Shown here: piece after piece, positions 60,401-64,000 of the stretch
Position numbering within the stretch: position 1 is the stretch's first letter
How the letters are laid out: every line of letters begins with the position of its first letter
NCBI GenBank assembly: GCA_965112155.1
Contig: OZ218098.1
Reading direction: 5' to 3' (one strand)
Source: Podarcis liolepis
Lineage: Eukaryota
Length of the DNA: 64,000 nucleotides
Notes under the pieces: generated by a model
Seen by the model: the letters and a program-made list of their open reading frames with translations, nothing else
Told to the model about the DNA's origin: nothing
Databases searched by the model: none
Program-made: the position numbers and the translations under genes

Positions 60401-61640
60401 AGAGACACTTCGAGAGGAAAGAACGATTTAAACTAAAGGAGAATGTGGAAAGGCAAACAGGTGGCTAAAAGTTGCCCAATGAAAAACTGAGGTTGGAAAG
60501 CCAAAGAAGGTTGCTAACAGTGAAAAGTGCATGGGGAATAATCTCATACATTTACTCAAAAGAATGAATGGAAACTATTCACCTGCTTAGGTGGGTGATC
60601 TCAGGGAAATAAACCTGACTCCCCACACTGCTGACTTCTGAGAATCCAGCTTGCTCCTATCTGCATAAACATGTGCACAGCTCCATCCTGAGTTCTGTTT
60701 CTTTGTCACCTGGGAGTGTGACTGGCTTTTTTATACAATATAACGTTATGCAGAACGATTATATATATATATATACACACACACATATATACACCCATTG
60801 ACACTTAAACCCTGCTTATTAAAGATTCCAAGTGTTGCTCAATTCAGAATACAGCCCCCATTAAGCACAATTTGCTAACTGGGATGCATGATCAACCAAG
60901 GGCTCTATCTCCCCCTGCCCCATTTGCCTAGGCATTCTGTGGAAGCTGCATGAGCACCGTCTGAAGTGACCGTGTACTGAAGGAACCCAGCATGAGGAGG
61001 CTATAGTTAAAGGCTGCGATTTTTCAGTTTTATTTCTGTGGAATCTAATGACCTTTATGCTTTGCTGAGTCCTCCTCCGATATAAAGTTGCCCTCTTTAT
61101 TAAATTAATGTTCTGCGTCGGTTAATATGTGCCCTTCTTCCAGGAAAAGGTGATGCCAGGTTGGCTATGTCTCCAGGGAGCAGTAATTCTCATGCTCCAA
61201 TGGTAGCTGCCTGCAAAAAGGAACCCTGAGGAGAGTGTTAAACTCTTTGGCCAATGATCCAAAAAAGCTGGACACTCAGGGACAGAAGAAGACCCTGCTC
61301 ATAGGATTCATGGTGAACAAATCACAGGGGAGTGGGGCTATTTGTGTTGGCATGGTATATGTGACATACCACTCTTGCCTCAGAAAGGGCCAGGCAGCAG
61401 GGAGGCTACAGTCTCAGGATTATGAGGGGATTTGGGGACAGGATTGCTGGGGCGCCAGCAGCAACATCTTTGGTTTGAAATATAGTTCCATGCCCATTCT
61501 GCTCAGAGTGCTTGCCAAACCTCTCCATTCACCTGCCTTCTTCTCCTCACCTGTTGGGGAGCTATAGGTGGTCTCATCCTGGAGCTGGCTGCGTTGGGTC
61601 ACCTGTGTGCTGCTGGCATCATCTTCTCCCGTCTCCGAGT
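637..61640 (-). CDS. SPEG: SPEG, spliced CDS of exons ~2-38 (gene extends past both window edges)
   Basis: 37 phase-compatible exons with AG/GT(GC) boundaries. Domain order Ig x5, FN3, Ig x2, kinase 1, long linker, Ig, FN3, linker, kinase 2. SPEG-type peptides: [52 protein letters not shown]. Confidence 0.97.
1618..1830 (+). mobile_element. CR1 LINE 3' fragment
   Basis: gaatgttggaa..ttcaggacagacaaa..aagtacttcttca..ggatggctt.aaaagagga..agacaaattcatgg. Confidence 0.75.
3601..3840 (-). CDS. SPEG: SPEG exon ~37 (kinase 2 N-lobe)
   Basis: GRFGVIREC...MAKIV...HFVDR, 240 nt. Confidence 0.95.
4965..5736 (-). CDS. SPEG: SPEG exon ~36 (Pro/Ser-rich linker and start of kinase 2)
   Basis: Best acceptor cctcttctcctctcccag|EPKT...; ends [12 protein letters not shown]|gtaaga, 772 nt; acceptor ambiguous (5754/5736/5715). 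Confidence 0.85.
5808..5868. repeat. Perfect 30-bp tandem duplication (period 31)
   Basis: atctatagagggaacccctctcagctacca at 5808-5837 and 5839-5868. Confidence 0.95.
6242..6406 (-). CDS. SPEG: SPEG exon ~35 (FN3)
   Basis: [19 protein letters not shown]...[15 protein letters not shown], 165 nt. Confidence 0.94.
6690..6900 (-). mobile_element. L2 LINE reverse-transcriptase fragment
   Basis: Translates [11 protein letters not shown], the L2 QLVQNAAAR motif. Confidence 0.65.
7356..7478 (-). CDS. SPEG: SPEG exon ~34 (FN3)
   Basis: [14 protein letters not shown]...YTLERKMD, 123 nt. Confidence 0.93.
7996..8163 (-). CDS. SPEG: SPEG exon ~33 (Ig)
   Basis: DGRQLL...[14 protein letters not shown], 168 nt. 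Confidence 0.94.
8716..8832 (-). CDS. SPEG: SPEG exon ~32 (Ig)
   Basis: [19 protein letters not shown]...WMK, 117 nt. Confidence 0.95.
9498..9653 (-). CDS. SPEG: SPEG exon ~31
   Basis: [15 protein letters not shown]...SQPNIPASL, 156 nt. Confidence 0.9.
9748..10087 (+). mobile_element. 5'-truncated RTE-clade LINE 3' end
   Basis: C-terminal C2H2 finger [21 protein letters not shown], short 3'UTR, (gaa)n tail. Confidence 0.8.
10458..12681 (-). CDS. SPEG: SPEG exon ~30, large inter-kinase linker exon
   Basis: ccag|RSQISYKC...STGS|gtgagc, 2224 nt, phase 0-1. Confidence 0.94.
13067..13135 (-). CDS. SPEG: SPEG exon ~29 (post-kinase basic, CaM-binding-like segment)
   Basis: [23 protein letters not shown], 69 nt. 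Confidence 0.93.
13168..13395 (-). mobile_element. CR1-type 3' tail repeat (also ~23355-23432 and ~57963-58040)
   Basis: Shared aaggcc.atctagtccagc...cccacagtggcc motif in three places. Confidence 0.6.
13430..13472 (-). CDS. SPEG: SPEG exon ~28 (end of kinase 1)
   Basis: [14 protein letters not shown], 43 nt. Confidence 0.93.
14694..14846 (-). CDS. SPEG: SPEG exon ~27 (kinase 1)
   Basis: [12 protein letters not shown]...VLVNDRL, 153 nt. Confidence 0.94.
15201..15227 (-). CDS. SPEG: SPEG exon ~26, 27-nt micro-exon
   Basis: tttacag|(W)PVGVITYL(C)|gtaagc, phase 2-2, completes kinase helix F. Confidence 0.92.
15481..16251. mobile_element. Non-autonomous Tc1/mariner-pogo-type MITE (~770 bp), young
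   Basis: TA TSD; TIRs cagtggtaccccgcaagacgaa / ttcgtcttgcgaggcaccactg; CpG-rich internal repeats. Confidence 0.9.
17212..17384 (-). CDS. SPEG: SPEG exon ~25 (kinase 1 DFG/activation loop)
   Basis: PENLL...ICDFG...GTPEFVGPE...TDVW, 173 nt. Confidence 0.95.
18420..18660 (+). mobile_element. L2-like 3' end
   Basis: ctgaagacatttttgttcagacaggcttt followed by a T-rich tract. Confidence 0.5.
19522..20043. mobile_element. Non-autonomous DNA transposon with CCGTATTTTTC TIRs
   Basis: TA-ccgtatttttcgctctataacac ... gagttatagaaagaaaaatacgg-TA. Confidence 0.88.
20113..20432. mobile_element. MITE with the same TIR family as 15481-16251, shorter, opposite orientation
   Basis: TA-cagtggtgcctcgcaagacg ... 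cttgcggggcaccactg-TA; internal ttagcgg repeats. Confidence 0.88.
20759..20836 (-). CDS. SPEG: SPEG exon ~24 (kinase 1 catalytic loop)
   Basis: [11 protein letters not shown]...ILHLDIK, 78 nt. Confidence 0.95.
21246..21306 (-). CDS. SPEG: SPEG exon ~23 (kinase 1)
   Basis: [20 protein letters not shown], 61 nt. Confidence 0.92.
21307..21493 (-). other. U12-type (minor spliceosome) GT-AG intron
   Basis: 5' GTATCCTCT; branch TTCCCTTGAC at 21318-21327; no polypyrimidine tract before the AG. Confidence 0.88.
21494..21694 (-). CDS. SPEG: SPEG exon ~22 (kinase 1 G-loop/VAIK), followed by a U12 donor
   Basis: GAFSYV...FAAKFI...IVME, 201 nt, donor GTATCCTCT. Confidence 0.94.
22625..22718 (-). CDS. 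SPEG: SPEG exon ~21 (start of kinase 1)
   Basis: [15 protein letters not shown], 94 nt. Confidence 0.92.
23457..23602 (+). mobile_element. tRNA-derived SINE copy (second family)
   Basis: agctcagcagtagag..aaggtccaaggttcagttcctggcatc..gtagacaatactg. Confidence 0.7.
23971..24139 (-). CDS. SPEG: SPEG exon ~20 (Ig; not in ORF track)
   Basis: [22 protein letters not shown]...[26 protein letters not shown], 169 nt. Confidence 0.94.
24779..24891 (-). CDS. SPEG: SPEG exon ~19 (Ig)
   Basis: [11 protein letters not shown]...DIMWYK, 113 nt. Confidence 0.94.
25301..25473 (-). CDS. SPEG: SPEG exon ~18 (Ig)
   Basis: SGVVLKD...TCEVSNQHG...LELA, 173 nt. Confidence 0.93.
25799..25978 (+). mobile_element. 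tRNA-derived squamate SINE (second family)
   Basis: gtggtagagcatctgcttggcatg..gaaggtcccaggttc..ggtagggctgggaa..tctgactcggcataagg; related copies at ~23457-23602 and ~4773-4930. Confidence 0.8.
27462..27585 (-). CDS. SPEG: SPEG exon ~17 (Ig; not in ORF track)
   Basis: [41 protein letters not shown], 124 nt. Confidence 0.93.
28556..28762 (-). CDS. SPEG: SPEG exon ~16 (FN3)
   Basis: [12 protein letters not shown]...YMFRVL...QLLDR, 207 nt. Confidence 0.93.
29725..29829 (-). CDS. SPEG: SPEG exon ~15 (FN3)
   Basis: [11 protein letters not shown]...WLDSAI, 105 nt. Confidence 0.93.
30865..30984 (-). CDS. SPEG: SPEG exon ~14 (Ig)
   Basis: YKDVHRL...YAHLYVT, 120 nt. Confidence 0.94.
31678..31907 (-). 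CDS. SPEG: SPEG exon ~13 (Ig)
   Basis: [14 protein letters not shown]...DDRRMMQ, 230 nt. Confidence 0.94.
34028..34217 (-). CDS. SPEG: SPEG exon ~12 (Ig)
   Basis: GQPVQEGE...AELYVEEPR, 190 nt, phase 1-2. Confidence 0.93.
35047..35205 (-). CDS. SPEG: SPEG exon ~11 (Ig)
   Basis: [11 protein letters not shown]...VVTWTRF, 159 nt. Confidence 0.94.
36399..36458. repeat. Compound (CT)n(CA)n microsatellite
   Basis: Direct reading. Confidence 0.95.
39328..39461 (-). mobile_element. Second copy of the tRNA-Ile-head SINE
   Basis: Reverse-complement match to 221-359. Confidence 0.8.
40068..40328 (-). CDS. SPEG: SPEG exon ~10 (Ig)
   Basis: [15 protein letters not shown]...YTCKLSTAK, 261 nt. Confidence 0.95.
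41360..41405 (-). terminator. Polyadenylation signal of the intronic terminal exon
   Basis: Minus strand TTTTTTGTAGAAG-AATAAA-GTCTGTTTTGTTTGG...GTGCTGTGTGGTTTGTT: UGUA upstream, GU/U-rich tract downstream. Confidence 0.65.
41370..42340 (-). other. SPEG: Putative alternative terminal exon (APEG-1/BPEG-type): short coding tail plus ~0.95 kb 3'UTR
   Basis: Acceptor gctgac-tgtgtttttgtctgtacag|GGGGAGTGAGCTAA; stop 42327-42329; AATAAA 41390-41395; 3' end coordinate approximate. Confidence 0.7.
43445..43737. mobile_element. Palindromic MITE family (also ~6018-6178, 20480-20635, 29905-30087, 37800-37950, 38460-38615)
   Basis: tttaaagca..aatcctgggaa.tgtagtttgttaagggtgct...aaactacagttcccagga..tttaaa inverted structure. 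Confidence 0.75.
43900..44175. promoter_or_regulatory. Candidate enhancer motif cluster
   Basis: GGAATG 43968, CAGCTG 44086 and 44166, CAGTTG 44141, X-box GTTGCTAAGCAAC 44154-44166. Confidence 0.35.
46255..46430 (-). CDS. SPEG: SPEG exon ~9 (APEG-1-type Ig, second half)
   Basis: [24 protein letters not shown], 176 nt, weak donor gtacct. Confidence 0.93.
47081..47169 (-). CDS. SPEG: SPEG exon ~8 (APEG-1-type Ig, first half)
   Basis: [14 protein letters not shown]...GEPKPIVHW, 89 nt. Confidence 0.93.
47474..47682 (-). CDS. SPEG: SPEG exon ~7 (contains putative internal start MKVQP)
   Basis: [18 protein letters not shown], 209 nt, tag/gtgagc. Confidence 0.88.
50392..50479. mobile_element. 88-bp MITE with perfect 13-bp TIRs
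   Basis: gctgcaatcctat ... ataggattgcagc; degenerate relative at ~39470-39542. Confidence 0.75.
50480..51060. promoter_or_regulatory. CpG-rich intronic island, candidate internal (APEG-1/SPEG-alpha-type) promoter
   Basis: Locally dense CpG with no recognisable repeat; octamer ATTTGCAT 50796-50803, CACGTG 50824-50829, GC box ~50940; lies between exons ~6 and ~7. Confidence 0.45.
51364..51546 (-). CDS. SPEG: SPEG exon ~6 (Ig)
   Basis: VSWRKDG...[14 protein letters not shown], 183 nt, cag/gtaagt. Confidence 0.93.
52648..52791 (-). CDS. SPEG: SPEG exon ~5 (Ig start), ends at a GC donor
   Basis: cag|ESSDDSY...GNPSPE|gcaagt, 144 nt, phase 1-1. Confidence 0.88.
53985..54115. mobile_element. ~130-bp palindromic MITE family (also ~2710-2840, 12770-12870, 22430-22535, 24205-24275, 27640-27778)
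   Basis: Shared ccagatgtt..ggactacaa.tcccatc...gatgggagttgtagt..caacatctgg inverted structure. Confidence 0.75.
54459..55852 (-). CDS. SPEG: SPEG exon ~4, large low-complexity N-terminal exon
   Basis: ctgcag|...|gtatgg, 1394 nt, phase 2-1; [18 protein letters not shown] and [10 protein letters not shown] motifs; alternative in-frame acceptor at 55900. Confidence 0.88.
57811..57945 (-). mobile_element. SINE with tRNA-Asn-like head and the same CR1-like tail
   Basis: Minus strand ggtcagtgcatctgactgttaaccagaag...cccagggatgg plus cttccaactctatgattctatg-type tail. Confidence 0.75.
59277..59619 (-). CDS. SPEG: SPEG exon ~3 (ESDTL...[15 protein letters not shown])
   Basis: cag|...|gtaagt, 343 nt, phase 1-2. 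Confidence 0.92.
60225..60600 (+). mobile_element. Old degenerate CR1 fragment
   Basis: CR1 ORF2-end-like wording (gatcaaa..atggga, tttgttcag, gaaaaactgagg). Confidence 0.45.
61551..61640 (-). CDS. SPEG: SPEG exon ~2 (DSETGEDD...YSSPTG)
   Basis: cag|...|gtgagg, 90 nt, phase 1-1. Confidence 0.9.
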
Positions 61641-63371
61641 CTGAAGCAAGAGAAAGGACAAGGTGAGGGAGGACCTTGATCAGCACGTCAGTCCACACCT
61701 TCGCCTTGGGTGCTTGTACCCATCCATCAAAACTGTATGGCAGAGTCACAAACAGATCCCGCGAGACTTAGAAGTCCCAAGTAAGATCTTGAAAATTCAG
61801 CTCTCAGTAAAGGGGTGGCTGGATTGTGACAAAATTGACTCCTTTATTGGTGTTATGAAGAGAAGGTACAATATAAAAATTGAATTGCATAAAATAATTA
61901 CTCATTATTGGAAATAATTGTCTATATTTCTGGTGATTCTTTTATCATAAGTGTTTACTAACGTATGGGGGGCACAGAGGAAAAACATACAAAATGGTGT
62001 CAGATGTGCTGCTCCAGCAGAGATGCTCTTAAACCACCGCCAATGCCCAGTTTTAGAGAATCCTGGAGCAGGGTTCTATTATGCTCACAGTTTTATTGTT
62101 GTAGCATTGGAAAGGCATTGAACAATATTTGTTTTAGGGTTTTATTTGTGGCATTCTAGGTCATTTTCTACATTAGTGTGGTTTTATTTTGGGCTAAGGC
62201 TTATCACAGATCATTTTGAATGCTCTGAATGTAATGAAAGACATGATGGCTGGTCACTAAATACAATGAAATGAATCTGATTCTAAGAAGCATTCTCTTT
62301 GTGGAGTTTCCATTTTCTTTCAGGGCTCCCCTGATTTGCAGTATGCCCAACAGCAATGACCTGGAGTCTACCATACTCAGGGAAAGGCATCAAATGGCAA
62401 ACTGTGTTGACTCAGCCATGTGCAAGAACATATGCAGATTATCCAGGGCCCTGCACAACCAGTGGCATCCTTGCAGTGCAGGTTTCAACTCTCAATAATT
62501 TGCTACCCTCTCAGGATCTAGATACTCAGGGCTGCCATAGTGCCTAGAGGAAAACAAATACCAAAGCTGCAAGTAAGGAAGCCTGGAAGGCCCATTCCTT
62601 CTCCCTTGAAAAGAGCCCAAGGGAGGAGGTGATTTGTATCTCTGTGATTCTACCTCTGCGGAATTCCAGAACTTTGTCTGCTAGGTAAACAAGGGCCCTG
62701 AACATTGGAAGAGGCAAGTGGAAGGGGGGGTCCCCCTCCCTTTCTTCTTGCATTTTCTTAGATGCAAATTACTGCCTCAGAAGCCACACTTTGCAAGGGA
62801 AAATGGGCTTTCATGGCAAAACTTCATATTATAGACATATTTTCTCTTTTAAAAAATGAATGTCAGGCTGCAATCTGGATCAGAAGACCTGTGGGTGGGA
62901 AGGAGGTGCTTTTTCCCGGCAGCCATTTTTCTGCTTATAATTGCCTTTCCCCTCCCCCTGCTGCTTTCCTCTCCACAGGGAGAAAGATATGGGAGGGGGG
63001 CTGTAGCTTCTTCCCTGCAGGTGGAAAGAGTAGTTTAATGGGAACTAATCTGAGTGGGAAAACACGCTGGTGGGAATACCTTAAGCCTTCCCAAGCCACC
63101 ATTCCTTTACGCCCAATTACAGCCTCCTGAAATCTTAAAAAGTTACATGCCACTACATATTAACATGTAGGTTATCATTCTGCCCCCCTTGGTTCAACAG
63201 CAACCTCAGAGACATTCCATGGAAGCATGGCAGATTGCTCCCAAGTACAGCCTGGATTGCACATCCCCAAAGAAGGACGGGATAAAAATATACATAAATT
63301 AGTAAGTCATTGGAGTCTAATACTGAGAGCCCAGGAGTCTGCCCCTCTTGGGCATGGTGGCTCCTCCATAA

Positions 63372-63429
63372 AGAAAGGAAAGGAAAGGAAAGGAAAGGAA
63401 AGGAAAGGAAAGGAAAGGAAAGGAAAGGG
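63372..63429. repeat. (GGAAA)n pentanucleotide microsatellite
   Basis: Direct reading. Confidence 0.95.
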
Positions 63430-64000
63430 AGGGAGAGACAGAGACAGAAAGAAGCTCATTTTTCTGGCAGCTGCAGCTCTCCATAGGAGCCTTTACCCCA
63501 CAGCTAAGAAAACCACAGGGAGAGTTGTGAGTGACGCTTGACAGATCAGTGTGGCAGCAAATCGACTGGCAGGTTGAAGAAAGGCCAACAACACAGCCAT
63601 GCCAGGTGAACAGAAGTCAAACAAAAAAATTGGGCCTTTGAGAGCCCTGCTCCTTTTGGGGAGAGGACTTGAAGTGCTGGTGCGTGTGTGAGATTTATTT
63701 TATTTTTATTTGAGCAGAATAATAACTGGAAGGGAATGTGTCAAGCTGCTCCCACAACCGTACCTCCTCAAAGTCTGCTTTCGGTTAAAAAGAGAGAATG
63801 TTGGGGGCAGGAGGGGATCCATGTACAGCGTTGCAGGTCCATCTCCATGGGAAATCGAGTCAGCCCATAATAAGCAAGATTTGCGTGGAGAGACAGAGAG
63901 AACCTTCCGCTATGTACTAGTAGCGCAGGGAAGGGCTGGCAGCAGCGTGGGAAGGGAAGATGCTCAGGCCAGTCATACAGAGAAGCAAAAGGATGCCCAC

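Noticed and set aside
637-61640. Alternative identity as OBSCN, MYLK or TTN
   Set aside because: No RhoGEF/PH domains or long Ig tandem; domain order and peptides match SPEG.
63227-63541. ORF with KGKER repeats (and ERERER ORFs at 36202-36543)
   Set aside because: Translation of microsatellites.

Overview
This is vertebrate genomic DNA; the repeats point to a squamate, probably a lacertid lizard. The whole window lies inside one minus-strand gene, SPEG (striated muscle enriched protein kinase: Ig/FN3 repeats plus two MLCK/obscurin-type kinase domains). I traced 37 consecutive coding exons by hand (61640 down to 637; 9567 nt, about 3189 codons), and every junction is phase-consistent. They correspond to mammalian exons ~2-38. 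Exon 1 lies beyond the right edge and the end of kinase 2 beyond the left edge. The most notable hidden structure is in RNA processing: a U12 minor-spliceosome intron in kinase 1, a GC-AG intron, and an intronic alternative last exon (APEG-1/BPEG-type, with AATAAA). The acceptor of that last exon is preceded by a dense YGCY cluster plus ACTAAC, a candidate MBNL/QKI isoform switch. There is also a CpG-rich candidate internal promoter, and the mammalian APEG-1 RGD motif is absent. Introns carry many SINEs, LINE fragments and MITEs, including nested insertions and a long hairpin. There are no prokaryotic features or CRISPR arrays, and I cannot support an entirely new biological system. Exon numbers follow the mammalian gene as I remember it, and repeat family names are by eye, not from a database search.
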